A DNA stretch of 63,987 nt, filler included, from Dirinaria sp. TL-2023a (lineage: Eukaryota), in the NCBI GenBank assembly GCA_051941275.1. It is 8 parts of 8 records of this genome, joined end to end, with 100 filler letters (N's around TTAATTAATTAA, not from the genome) between each part and the next. Parts side by side here need not be neighbours in the genome. Positions count along the whole stretch, not along the records: positions 24,368 to 32,370 come from JAVEBF010001245.1; positions 32,471 to 40,470 come from JAVEBF010001246.1; 6 more parts are not named here. One strand, written 5' to 3'. Shown piece by piece: positions 26,477 to 38,501 of the stretch. The position numbers were made by a program, and so were the translations under genes. The notes below the pieces were generated by a model. It searched no databases and was not told the origin of the DNA. It saw nothing but the letters and a program-made list of their open reading frames with translations. Within the stretch, counting starts at the first letter, position 1. The number at the start of each line of letters is the position of its first letter.

Positions 26477-29131
26477 ATGGCTGTAATGAGTCCAGGGTTG
26501 ACCATTTCACTGGCTTTCGTGGCAGGGTTTCTTGTTGTGGTGGTAGGCACGACGTTAATCATATGCCTTGGAAGAAGAAGACATCGACGCGCTCTCCTGT
26601 CGATGAACGCCGCTCAAGTGCGCAGGATGAGCAGCATGCCTGCTGGTAATACTAGCAGGACAGATACAGATATTCACACTTTACCAAGAGCTAGGGAGAT
26701 GCTTCGCAATTCTACACCAATCGCTCCGGGATACACGCCTTCATATGCCGCCATCTCCTCAAATGAAAGTCTGCCTCGGCGTCAAGTATCAACGAAGGCC
26801 CCAAAAGCCATACTCTCCAATCGCGCAATGAACGACTCAGATGCGCATCAACGATCATATCCATCGCCGCGGCGATTGACCAGGTCAAATATTATACCTC
26901 TCAAGAAAGTCAAGGCAGGAGACTCGTCCTCAGTGCCAGAGCCACCAGTGAATTTCGTAAAACAAGACCCTGCTCAAGCGACAGATGACCGCAGGACTTT
27001 ACCGCGCTCAGAGACTGAACCGAGATTTGCAAACCAAGTCCATGTTCCTACCGGTGCTCCTCGGTCAGACTTATTATTACCCGCGTCGTTAGAACCAAAG
27101 CCACTGTCGATCAATAAGCAGCGCAGTGTCTCTTTCGGTACCTTACCGACGCCTCCGCAGCGTGTAAAGAAGCCGGTTGGACTTTACGTTGTAGATTCCA
27201 GGGTAGAAGCAGCACAGCAGGAAGGGCTGTCATTGTTACCGAGATCGACAAGCCTGTGCGCGCAACAACCTGGACAAGTTCCAACCGAACCTGTGCCACC
27301 TCTTCCCCTCAACATTACCCCGAGGCGTCCTCAGAGTGTCCGCTGCCCGACTGAGCAAAGAGGTTCAGGTAAAAGCTTGTTGAGTGGAGACACTTCCGGT
27401 CTTGACGACGAGAGTTCAGGATGCTTTTCTAAAGGGGAGACGGACCACACGTCGCTAAGCCTAATCTCCCCATTGACATTCGACTCAGCCAGGCTCGAGA
27501 AAGGTGCTGAAAAGGGCTACAAGTGGGAGTCGGAGCATCTAGCTGGAACTATAAGTCCTACTAATGCATTTAAGCAAGTTACAGCAAGACCTCAGCTGCA
27601 GACACAACATTCTTTCCGTGCAAGCATCCAGCAAACTTTACCACGTAGTTCCAGTAGCGGCTTGTCAATGTCGCTGCTTGATCAAACACTTTCACGAAAC
27701 ACGTCGAGCACCACTGTGAACAAAGATAGGTCTCCAGTTTTTCCTCGAACAGTACTCAAGATACCCCGTGGTATAGATAAGATGTCTCTCGCCAGATCGA
27801 GCACGTGTCAATCGTCACCACTCAGCCGCCGTCCGATGTTCAACATCCATGAGGACGTCAAAAGTAAACGTGCATCTGCTGTATTACAAACTGTGTCAGG
27901 GAATGAAGGCAGTCCATTGCACGACGAAATCAAGTCAAGGCCTTTGTCGATTGCTACTAGCAACCCCTTCAAATGGGAGCAAGGTATGTCACTTCGAAAG
28001 GATAAGCCGTTGTCGATACAAGGTAAACTTGTGGGCCACAAACGCCGAAATTGTGTTCGAATCTCGAACATCCCGATCTATGTTCCATCGCCCGGTGGCC
28101 TGCATACTACAGCGGAAGAACAGGACGATCTTGCCAAAAACCTGACCAACCCTCGCGATGACACAAATCCTACCGAGGCCGATTTACGGCCGCTCTCGCG
28201 CACTACATTCGACCCACAACTTACACCAACTCCTGCACCACGCCCCTACCGTCTTCCAAAGATGCAAGCATCACCTACGTTCACTGATATCAAACTGCAC
28301 AGTCCTGTTTCCTATTCCTCCTCGCCTTCCTCGCTATCAACGCCCACCAATAAACCTAGCAACCGACGGCCCTCAGGTGCTCATGCGAACCGGCGCAGAC
28401 CAATCTTCGACATCCCATCCTCTTCCGAATTTGCTTTCATAACTCTAGAGAAGCCTGCACCACCGACATTGGCGGTCAAGCCAGCTGCGGATCCTATACT
28501 CAAGCCTGTGATCCTCCCCGGCTTTCCGGCCACTGATACGCCATCCCCAGACACCGAAACCAACGTTTTAGGGCCACGTCCTTCGTCTACCCTTTTTCCA
28601 TTTCCTTCTCCTCCTCATCCGCCAGCAAAGGCGGCACCGAATTGGCGTTCCCCAGTACGCGGGCCTAGGGCCATACCGCCAACCGCGTGGCGGCGATCAC
28701 CAACCAGCGTAGCGAAAATAAGCGTGTCCGGTAGCGTAGCCTATCCCGTGCGCGCAAGCAACCCACGCATGGACCTGCGAAAGATCGTTGGAGCATTGCG
28801 GAGGATGGATAGCGAAGCTTCTCGATTGGAGCGGAGTGACAGCAGTGCCAAAGCCCATCAGATGTTCACTTGTCTGGACGACGATGGGAAGGTCAACTTC
28901 TTTGACGTGGTGGACAAGGAGAACGATGTTTTTCGTGCAGGAGATGGGGTGGAGTGGAATGCGAGGGAGTCCTGTGTAGCGAAGAGGGAGAGGAGTGAGA
29001 CCTGTAAGGCTTTCGAAAGGGTGCTGAATGGACCGAGAGAGATGCCTAGAAGGGAAAGCGGGACGAATGAGGGCGAGGAGAGCAGGATGGGGAGAGATTG
29101 GTATGACGAAAGAGGGTTTCTACGGGATTGA
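26477..29131 (+). CDS. Hypothetical single-pass membrane protein with a long S/P/R-rich disordered tail (884 aa)
   Basis: Uninterrupted 2.6-kb ORF; N-terminal TM helix followed by RRRHRR; internal GHKRRNCVRIS motif. Confidence 0.8.
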   Translation: MAVMSPGLTISLAFVAGFLVVVVGTTLIICLGRRRHRRALLSMNAAQVRRMSSMPAGNTSRTDTDIHTLPRAREMLRNSTPIAPGYTPSYAAISSNESLPRRQVSTKAPKAILSNRAMNDSDAHQRSYPSPRRLTRSNIIPLKKVKAGDSSSVPEPPVNFVKQDPAQATDDRRTLPRSETEPRFANQVHVPTGAPRSDLLLPASLEPKPLSINKQRSVSFGTLPTPPQRVKKPVGLYVVDSRVEAAQQEGLSLLPRSTSLCAQQPGQVPTEPVPPLPLNITPRRPQSVRCPTEQRGSGKSLLSGDTSGLDDESSGCFSKGETDHTSLSLISPLTFDSARLEKGAEKGYKWESEHLAGTISPTNAFKQVTARPQLQTQHSFRASIQQTLPRSSSSGLSMSLLDQTLSRNTSSTTVNKDRSPVFPRTVLKIPRGIDKMSLARSSTCQSSPLSRRPMFNIHEDVKSKRASAVLQTVSGNEGSPLHDEIKSRPLSIATSNPFKWEQGMSLRKDKPLSIQGKLVGHKRRNCVRISNIPIYVPSPGGLHTTAEEQDDLAKNLTNPRDDTNPTEADLRPLSRTTFDPQLTPTPAPRPYRLPKMQASPTFTDIKLHSPVSYSSSPSSLSTPTNKPSNRRPSGAHANRRRPIFDIPSSSEFAFITLEKPAPPTLAVKPAADPILKPVILPGFPATDTPSPDTETNVLGPRPSSTLFPFPSPPHPPAKAAPNWRSPVRGPRAIPPTAWRRSPTSVAKISVSGSVAYPVRASNPRMDLRKIVGALRRMDSEASRLERSDSSAKAHQMFTCLDDDGKVNFFDVVDKENDVFRAGDGVEWNARESCVAKRERSETCKAFERVLNGPREMPRRESGTNEGEESRMGRDWYDERGFLRD

Positions 29132-30016
29132 AGAGGCATTCGCATCCGCAATTGAGCTGACCGATCTTTAGTCCTTGATCTTTCACTTCACACTTATACC
29201 CCTATTTGTTGTCGCGTCTACGGTACAACAATATAATCTCCATTGATGACTATGCCATGATTACTACTTTGGGAATCAATTGACGTCCTTGGACAAGTGA
29301 CATGGATTTTGAATTCGTTCATCCTTCTTAAACCTCCTTCCTACCTTACTCGACAACGAAGCGAGGTTTGATTTTTCTTTGCCGGAATTTCTCGAACGCT
29401 GCATTGTAATTTATTCTTGACTTGAAATCATGGGTAGAGATACCATACTTTTGCACGGCCTTCGCATAGATTCTGTCATTGATATGAGCCTGGATAGTTT
29501 CATTTTTGATGATTCGATAATCAAGAAAGCTTTTTTTTATTCAAATACGCATATCAGTGAGTGTCGCGCTGGAAACTCGACAGCCATCAAAGAAAATCTT
29601 GAAAGCTAGCATAATGGCTGAGTAAGGTACTCCGTATGTAGCGGTGGTTCCGTCGTGGAGTTTACAACCCAACAAACGACTGATGAATCCTTAATTAGGC
29701 TAGCGTGTGATCAGTACCTTATCATCTCGACTCACTGGAGGTTTCTACTCTACGTTATGACGCTATCGAGCCTCACGATATACGATACCGACATTGCAGA
29801 GAGGCGTAGCGCGCTATGCATTGGGATTATCTTCCAGCCATTATTGACAGCTACCTAGTTCTCTCCGGCTGCTTACACACCATGTCTAAGCCCCCACAAT
29901 CATCGCCGGGCGAATATGCCTTAGGCGTATTTTCGGAGAAACCGATATGTGCTTAAAAGACTCTGTCCTCCCAAATCATCAGTTCTAAAGGAAATTTTCC
30001 TTGTCGACAAGGTACA

Positions 30017-31728
30017 ATGCCGACTCGATTTTCTGCTTATCGTGACTCAATTCGCTCATCTTTGAGCAAGTGGCCGGAATTTTCCTGGCTGAATCGATTC
30101 CTCCAGACTCCAAAACAGGCCGATGGAGACAAGACTTCTGCATACGTCTTTGAGCTCATCGGTAATCGTTTTGTGGCCTCCCAAGCTGATGACACAGCAG
30201 CTTCACTCTCACAGGCTATCGATTTTGAAGTACAAGGTTCACGACTACGTGTCCTTCTCGTTGTCCATGGGGAAAGTTGGGACGTGGATCGCGATATTGT
30301 AGATCTCGTCTGCAGCAAGTACAGCATAGACCCTCGCTTTGTGGCAAGACATTTTGGCTACCCAAGAAATCAGTGGGAGAAGAATTGTCCTGGGGACCTC
30401 CGCCATGCAATACAGGAGTATGACCTATACTCTACAGGGGAATGTTCCTGGGACCTTGGCGGCGATGTCATGTCCTCCTTGTCAATGCAGCTGGGCTCAT
30501 GCTTCTATTTCTCTTATGAGAACGAATGCTTGTCTCTTGCCGTCCACCGGGAAAGAGGCAAGGTCACCTGTAAGTAGACATGGTTTCGAGTATTGCTGGT
30601 CTCTGCCTAAATCCTTCAGTAGTATTGCTCTTGCTCCGCGCTCCCAGAAGCTCGCTTGTAGAGACATCACGTATTTTCTATCATTACACAAACGCAAAAG
30701 TCACAGGGTCGTCTCTGCTAGAAGTTCGCCCCCCACAGTCTCTATCTACATGTTTTATCGATGGTCTCTTAGACATCCGTTTCTCCGAGACCGACAAAAC
30801 GGATTATATCATAGGAAAAGCAGTCGTCCAGTATATTGCCGGTCTAACAGCCTGCTGTAACGCCGACTACTGCAGGTGTATCGCGCCAAGGCAACTCAAG
30901 TTTCCACCTTTTCGAACGGATCACGATTGGCTTTTCAGAGACTTTCGTCAAGTAGTATCACTGCGACGTGAGGTTGAAGGTTTCTTAGCTATATTCAACG
31001 GAGAGGAAATCGACCTGGACAGCGCATCGCGTCAAGGTCAAGAAGCATGTCGTCTGCTGCGTGAGTTGACGGAGGACATCCAAGCCCTACTATCACATTA
31101 TCGCGCTAAGGAGACATCAAATAAATCTGATGAGCTTGGAGAATTGATCCAAGCACAAACAGACGAGGCTAAGGAAGCGAAAAAAACGTCGGTGAAGCTC
31201 GGATATCTAAGTCAGCTTGCCTATGTATTTCTTCCTTTGCAACTGGCTACCTCTGTAATGGGAATGAATTTGAAAGATTTCGGAACTGGGAATATTGAGC
31301 TCAGGACTTTCCTGCTCATGTTCACAACAATCGCTTGTCTATCGTTCGTACCTATGTTACTGCTAATGGTATTCAAGTCAGATTCAGATCCATCTCGCTT
31401 CTCCCAGATCCGCTCTATGTTCGAACATTCGCAACGAGCTGCCCTCCTGTTTGGATGGTTCTGCCTCTTTCATCAACAGACTACTAACGACAAACTTTGG
31501 GAAAGTGGCATCAGCTGGGATATCAGGTGTCTCACTGGCGTTTCGCAGCTGGATAGATCGGCGACAAGGAGTGTATGGGCCAAAAGGCGTGCCGAAATAT
31601 CCTCCGCCTTGAAACGCGGACCTTTCACTTTCTTTGCTCGCTACTGGCAGGGGGTACTCGATGAATTGTTTGACATCATCGATACACCTCAATGGGGGAG
31701 AAAGGATCCGAACCTACACACCGCGTAA
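30017..31728 (+). CDS. Fungal CorA-like domain membrane protein
   Basis: Two exons (intron 30570-30619). IDPRFVARHF in the N-terminal part; coiled coil, then LSQLAYVFLPLQLATSVMGMN (GMN signature) and a second TM. Confidence 0.75.
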
Positions 31729-32329
31729 AGCCAACCGCTATAGTTGGCCAAAGACTTCAAATTGTTGTCACAATGGAAGAGGCACAAGAGTCCTGTCCTT
31801 GAAGCAGATGGAAAATAAAGAAAGCCTACTATAGAGGAAAGAGTTCTCTTTTTGAAGGCCCGCTCAACTCCTTCCTAAACTTGGAGGCGTAGCGTTCTCA
31901 TTCGTCTAGAACGCAGAAGTGGTAGGGTTAAAATTACGATTGAGCAAATACAGAATTTAAACCTACCACTAGGCGTTCTGCATATATAACGAAAGAAGCT
32001 CCTAGCAATTGTCAAACTTTTTCGAATGGTTCGAAAGCTGATGCAATTTTCCCTCCTCCTGTTCTCTTTCATTCCCCTTGAATACACATAGACAAGAGTA
32101 ACGTGCTTCTATTGTGATATTGCTCAGGGACCCCAAGCCCCTTAGTTTATAACTCGTCTTCCATCTCCTAACACAGGATCTCTAGGAATCTAGCTTCTCC
32201 TGACTTTGAAGCTTCGAAGCCTTCAACCTACAAGACTTTTTTTTTTTTCTTCAGATTTTACGAGTCGAGTTCTGAAGTCGAATCTTACCGGGTGACGAAT
32301 TGATTTGGGAAAGAAGTATGTGCATGACC

Positions 32330-32370
<41 letters not shown>

Positions 32371-32470
32371 NNNNNNNNNNNNNNNNNNNNNNNNNNNNNN
32401 NNNNNNNNNNNNNNTTAATTAATTAANNNNNNNNNNNNNNNNNNNNNNNNNNNNNNNNNNNNNNNNNNNN
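32371..32470. other. Artificial contig spacer (preceded by a poly-T run at the contig end)
   Basis: N44-TTAATTAATTAA-N44. Confidence 0.97.
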
Positions 32471-33246
32471 AGACTTCAGACTTCAGTCTTTCTTCCCCTC
32501 TCCCTTTGCCACAGAAATTAAATAGAAAATAGAAAATCTCCAGTCCAAGAAACGCCCAAACAGAGAAAAGCAACAGAACCGCGAAACCATGATGCACGAG
32601 ACATTCCTTCCCTCCACCAAAAGCAAAGCCAGAGCACTTGAAACCGAACGGTGGTTTTAAGGGTTTAATGTGGTTCTACAAAGCGTAGGCACAGCGTGCT
32701 CTGCTTTCAGGGCCGAGACGTGAGATGGATATTGGATGAGGAACGAGGAGCAGCGAGGGCTGTGCTGAGAAAGGAATTTGGAGTAAGGTAGGTGCTGAAG
32801 GTGTGTAGGCATTTTGGGCTGTATAGGGCTGAAATAGGGTTGTTTTTATGAAATTTTGCTGCCGATGGGTGCCTTACCTTACCTTTCACGAGTGCGCTCA
32901 TTACCTACTTTATCAGACTGAAATAATAATACATCGAGGTGCGATTCCTTGCCACAGGCCTTTACTGGATAAAAGCCTGGGAATGTAGGCGTTATTCCTC
33001 GGTATGCTGTAAGAAGAAAAGTATGAGGCAACATCACTCCGAACTCCAAGGCATTGAGTTTCGTAGTTCGTATTCGAAGAAGTAATAAGCATATATGTAC
33101 ATCACCATCTCGCGATTAATATAAAAGACATACAGCATAGTCGTCATATATACAGGTTCATCAATCCTTCCAATTTCTCCAACGACAAAAAGGCAAAAAA
33201 GATTTGTCCAAGAAACGAATCATCAAATCAAAGATATAAGAGAGGC

Positions 33247-35612
33247 CTATGACGTGGCCGTTGAGCCGGTGTTGGCCGGTGTCAGTGCCAACAGACTGAA
33301 GAATCCTCCCACGGTAGGGCGGGCTGTGAAGCGTATGTCCGGGGTAGGATAGTCACCCCCTGTCGCGTTGTACAAGTCTGACATTGCCCTGTTCGTTGGC
33401 GTCTCGTTGATCCAGGTTGCAATGTCTTTAATAAACATGGCGGTCGTATTGGCAGAGCAAGTTGCTGCTGCGAGCATTTGTTCGTCATCTAAAATGTCGG
33501 TCAGCGGTGGCTCCCAGCGCTACATATAAGATGCCAGGTGAAAGTAGATTGGGAGAGCGTGATCGCGCAGGAAAAACTTACTCTTCGTTTCGTCGTGTCG
33601 CGTGTCAAGAGGAACACCATACTGCTCGTTGACGGTGGGGTAGAAAGCGCTTTCCATGTCGTAGACCGACTGCGGAACAAGGCCCAGATTAAGCTCCTTG
33701 TCTCCGTAAAGGTTGTAGAGCTGACTGTAAGTGTTGTTCATACCGTATGCCAAGGTTGTATGTGGCGGATTAGCATCCCGAGCTATGCCAAGGACTTGCC
33801 ATTCGGTGATGTATCTCTGTGCGATGTCCGTGTAATTGTTGTAGTCAGCTGTATTGCCCGTCAGATTTGCAACCTGTGCCATGGCTCCAATACCAATTAT
33901 GCCCTTGAGAGCGAGGTTGGTCTGGTTGGCCAGGGCTCCGGCGAAATCATCCGTTGAGATTTGGTTCGCAGGGATAAGGGCTTCCTCGATCAGGTACTGT
34001 GTCCATTGGTTGAGGATCGTGTAGTGTTGCTTGAGATATGCCGTATCTTTTGCTCTTTGGGCATATGCGAGTGTCATAATGAGCATGTTGCCGCATTCTT
34101 CCAAAGGCTGAGGCTCGTCCAAGCCGTCGCTATGACCTGTTGCATTGGGGTAATGCGTTCCTAGATCGTGCATTGAATACATATTGGGGTACTGGCCACT
34201 TTCCTGGTTTTGGAACAACGGGTCAAGAAGAAGCTTGAGCAAGGTTGGGTTGGTGTACAGCCAGATCGGATGCGAGGGGAAGATGACGTCCACGGTGTTG
34301 ACGTTTCCGTCCGAGCTAATCTCCTTGAGAAAGAGATATGGCGTATCCGGGGTTCCGGCCAGCGAGGTGCCGCCGAAGGCCTGACGCGCAGCGAGACTGG
34401 TCATTGTCACGTAATTAGGACCTCCGGCGTCAGCAGAGTCGGTCGACACGCGATTATCAAAGGTAGTAGCCAAGCCGGCAGCGGTACTGTAGTCGTCGTG
34501 GAAGAAAGATAGCGCGTCTAAATCATCCGAGTAGTAGCTGGTCCACAGTGAGGGCACGCTCACATTTCCTTTTGCGCCGTCAAATTGGACAGCCTGCTCC
34601 TGCGCCAAACCCACAGTGAATAGCGTGCTGGTGGAGCTGGAACCGACAGAGCCAAGGTCGACCGCAAATCCAAAAGTGGGATAGGCGTCACTGATCGCTC
34701 TGAAATTTGTGTCATTTGTGTTAGCTAGTTGGCCGGTTTTGGTAAAAGCGCCCCGAACATCCACGTCAGAGCCAGATTGATGCGTCAGATTTGCAACGTT
34801 GTCCGTGGCATAGTACCAGTTGCCATAGTCGGTCTGGTCAATGGTCTCAGAGAAGGCCAACTGGGTTTGCCGGTAGAACTGGTGGTAAGCGATGCCACCT
34901 GGGGCCGTCAATTTGGTGCCGTTGTTTTTCCGACGGTCGAATCTCATGGACCGTCGGGATGATGACGTGCTGGCGGCGGGGGCGATTACGCCGTATTGCC
35001 ATTGCGCGATCGCATTATTGTCGGCAGATGCCCATTCAGCCGTGATGTCGGTGTACAACTGAACATCATGTGTAGCGCCGTCCGACGAGGACACTGCGAC
35101 GTCGACATAAGAGAAAGGGAGCGACTGCCGCTTTAAATCCGTAGGAAATACAGGCGAAAGAAAAGTAATGTTCATGGTTACTGCCCCGGCAACATCCATG
35201 ATAAAAGTACTCCGGGTGGATGTGTACTCAAACGAGGTCTGAGACACAACTGTTGGTAGAGGATTCGGCCTCCCCATCCAGGTATAAGTCGTGCCATCGA
35301 CGCGAATAAGGCCAGTCCAGCCCAAAATTTTACCTCTGTGACTGTTAAGTACGTTGGTTGGACGTCACAGGGTAGCTAGACCTACGTCCAGAAAGATGGC
35401 CATGAACCAGCGAGATACCCACCATTTCCAGGGCCATTTGCTATCGGGTTCCCAGGCCCAACTGGTTCAAAGTCTGACCCAGCTTGCTGCCAGCAGCTAA
35501 CGTAGGGAGACTTGACAGCCAAGGGAATGGACGGAGGTCTGGCAGGAGAGAAGGTTGAAGCAGCAATGCATAGAGAAGGAACGAACAAGAGAGCGACGAG
35601 TGGTGACCACAT
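33247..35612 (-). CDS. gtaA: Glutaminase A (GtaA)-like secreted protein
   Basis: Signal peptide; PARPPSIPLAVKSPY; FLKEISSDGNVNTVDVIFP; HDLGTHYPNATGH; PLEECGNMLIM; STDDFAGALANQTNLALKGIIGI; ARPTVGG; two introns. Confidence 0.9.
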
Positions 35613-37385
35613 TATGTTAATCAGTGTAAGGAACGACGGATACAGCCTGAAAACAATGAGAAGGAATCGCTGGTCTTATAGCTCGAAGCTATGCTATAAG
35701 GCCCAGTTGCCCCCGTGTCGGACATTCCATACGCCATCCCCGCTGTTATTACAATATGCACGAATCCTCCATGGTCATTTGGCAACGAACGCTTGGTAAG
35801 TTGATCATGACATTGCGGGGTCGCATGGAATGTCAGTGAGTCCGGATTATTGCCTAGCAGTCTGGGACATTTGAACAGATTTAGTTCGTCCTTCCACCTT
35901 ACCTTAATTTCAATCTCCACTAGCCGCTCGAGGCCGTGCATGACATGGTGAGCCGCAGCTAGTGGCAGGCACCGAGGCTTTCCACGGACTGTGTTAGTGA
36001 TGGGATGACTCGTCCACGCTCAATAATTCGCTTTCGAGCAGTGGCAGGACACAGGCTATGGAGATGCCTCTTGATGTGCGTTTTATGACAGTGCATGGCT
36101 TGGCCGGCGCAAAACCCACTGCATTGTTGACTGCAAGATTACCAGCAGCTTTCTTTGGTCGTTGATCGTCATCTAAGCCTTGCAAACGCGGGCATTTGAC
36201 ACAACGTTCTGACTCGAGGGTCATCCTGAAGGCATCATCAACCTCCCGGCCGAAGCGTTGGTAGAGAAGTCCGAGACAGTTGATCCCGAGACGACTGACG
36301 ATCGTTCAGTTTCAAAGGCTCATGCGACCCGAAAGGGAATGAATTGACTGGCTGCCGCGACAGACGCGCGCCAAGAGCGACATCACGTGCATCGGTATTG
36401 GAGGGGTTGCAGAGGCTTAGAAGGGAGACTCGAGGGAAGAGGGGAGAGGGAGACCCTTGGGGGGGCTGAGCACATCCAACAACAATCCAAGTACTCATAC
36501 CTCATACCTTAGTCACCTTCCTTTCCGAGTAATGAATCCAGGAGATCTTCCCAAATTCTTACATGCGGTACATATGCCGACTCCTGATTTCTAAAATTGT
36601 CCTACATGTTTCTTCACCAAATCCCGTTTTCCCAAAACCCCCCTTTCAACAATAGTATACGTTTCCCCGCTCTGGAGGGGTTGCGACTTGTGAGGTCGTC
36701 TCGTGAGTCGTGCCGTCCTAGAAGCACGTCAGTAGCGCCCACTGCAGGTGTAAGGGGCCACTTCCGCAAGAGACGGGCTTTAAACATGCGGCTCTGAAAT
36801 GCGACCCTACCAACATTCTCCATTCTTCGCACCCAAATGACCCAAATCGCATCTGGTGATCTACCCCACATATCGGACCCCCGGATTTGGTGCAGGATCA
36901 ACCGCTCAGACCTGACATCCCACCTGTTGCCACTTCGGCCACTTCGCATCAAGGAATAATAAGAGTAATCTCCTGCCTTCTTGAGCTGCAAGCCAGGGCC
37001 GGCTATTGTTTAGTCTAAGGATTTATTGGGTATGTTCCTCCAACCCTAATTTCAACTTGCTTCTGGATTCTCGGTATTTATCAGGGAGATCGGTTGTGAG
37101 ATGGGATTTGCTCGACCGAGGAATCTATCTTTGCGCGAGCTCTACGCGTGCCGATGCTAATTTACCCCTTGAATTTTCAGTCCCCCACCTGAGAATTAGC
37201 CAGAAAGTCGGGATCTCAGTCACGTGGCTCTGATTGGCCCGCATTTTTAGACATAGATCAGAGGAAACTCAATTCGGAGTGGGAGCTCCGGGTCACTATT
37301 CTTGTTGTCGAATTCTCTCCTTGGAGCTACATATCCGCGAATATCTCAGTGTCATCGTTGCAATCTGGAAGTCCATTTGGCAAAG

Positions 37386-38501
37386 ATGCAGCTTCTTGAT
37401 CTACCATCCGAGATCCTTATTCGTATTTGGGAAAGCTTGGGCCCGTCTGAGCTCCGTACTAATGTGAATTATCTTCTGATATGCAAACGTCTGTACAATG
37501 CAGGAGTCCAAGTGTACCTATCAGGTCTATCGGAACTCCGCCTGTCGGCCTATGATGTGGAGCTCTTGCCTCCATTCGGCAGTCCTCTCCTCAGGGTCTT
37601 TCAGGGAGAAGTCGTTCATCTCTCAATTTACCTTGATCAGACACTTAGTAGAAAAGTGGCGACCACGCCATTCATCGAAGGACCTGAAGTCCCTCAATCA
37701 GATGACGAAGCTTCGATTGAGTCCATCGCTATAGAGAAGGAAGCGAAATCATCCGACTCAAGAGATGGGACAACCTTTTCCCTCCCGGGCCAAGGTATCA
37801 ATCCGAGGCTGAGCGATCTTGCCGATCAACTGGCAAGCTCGTTCAGCCTCAGGTCCTTCAGTCTCGAGGTCATGGCCGAGGTCATGGCTGATAGTGAATG
37901 GCTGCCCTACATTCTCCATGCCCGAACGTTTGCGAAGATCTTGAGGAGTCTGCCACCGGGCCTTCGGTCAGTGCATCTGGATCTTTGCGGGACGAATGCC
38001 GTTGCGTACGAAACAGACAACGCACACATCTGTCCAATCCTCGGTGCCCGACTCGGCGATTTCGAGTCTGTGAGATTAAGGCTGCGATGCATCTGTCCCG
38101 AGTTGATCCGAAGTAGTGGACCACAAGGACGGTTGCAGAAGCTGATCATTAGACTGAATCAGCCAATGCTCTCTGATTTCACAGGTGATCAAGAGTATTT
38201 TGATGCTAAACTATGTTCAAGCCAGTGTCTCGGATCGGAGTCAAAAGAATTGCTCAAGGACATGGTCTTAGCAGGTGTTGCCAAGGGGCGCCAACTAGCG
38301 AAGGACATGTTTCGGATTTCATTTCGAATTCCTGGGAAGTCAAGCATCGACGTGGAACTGATCGATTGCATCTCCAACCAACGTCTCTTCAAGGGAAGTG
38401 CCATCTTTTGCTACGAAGAAGAGGGCTGCAAATGGGACTTTTGGGAAGAGAGCGACTCACTACTCCCTGGCATCAACTTTGATTGGCAAACGACTCATTA
38501 A
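37386..38501 (+). CDS. F-box-like hypothetical protein
   Basis: Begins MQLLDLPSEILIRIWESL (F-box-like); LRR-like segments and HICP...LRLRCICP; intronless. Confidence 0.65.
   Translation: MQLLDLPSEILIRIWESLGPSELRTNVNYLLICKRLYNAGVQVYLSGLSELRLSAYDVELLPPFGSPLLRVFQGEVVHLSIYLDQTLSRKVATTPFIEGPEVPQSDDEASIESIAIEKEAKSSDSRDGTTFSLPGQGINPRLSDLADQLASSFSLRSFSLEVMAEVMADSEWLPYILHARTFAKILRSLPPGLRSVHLDLCGTNAVAYETDNAHICPILGARLGDFESVRLRLRCICPELIRSSGPQGRLQKLIIRLNQPMLSDFTGDQEYFDAKLCSSQCLGSESKELLKDMVLAGVAKGRQLAKDMFRISFRIPGKSSIDVELIDCISNQRLFKGSAIFCYEEEGCKWDFWEESDSLLPGINFDWQTTH

Noticed and set aside
32335..32370. Poly-T tract as a retroelement tail
   Set aside because: It sits at the contig end with no associated RT sequence; more likely the cause of the assembly break.
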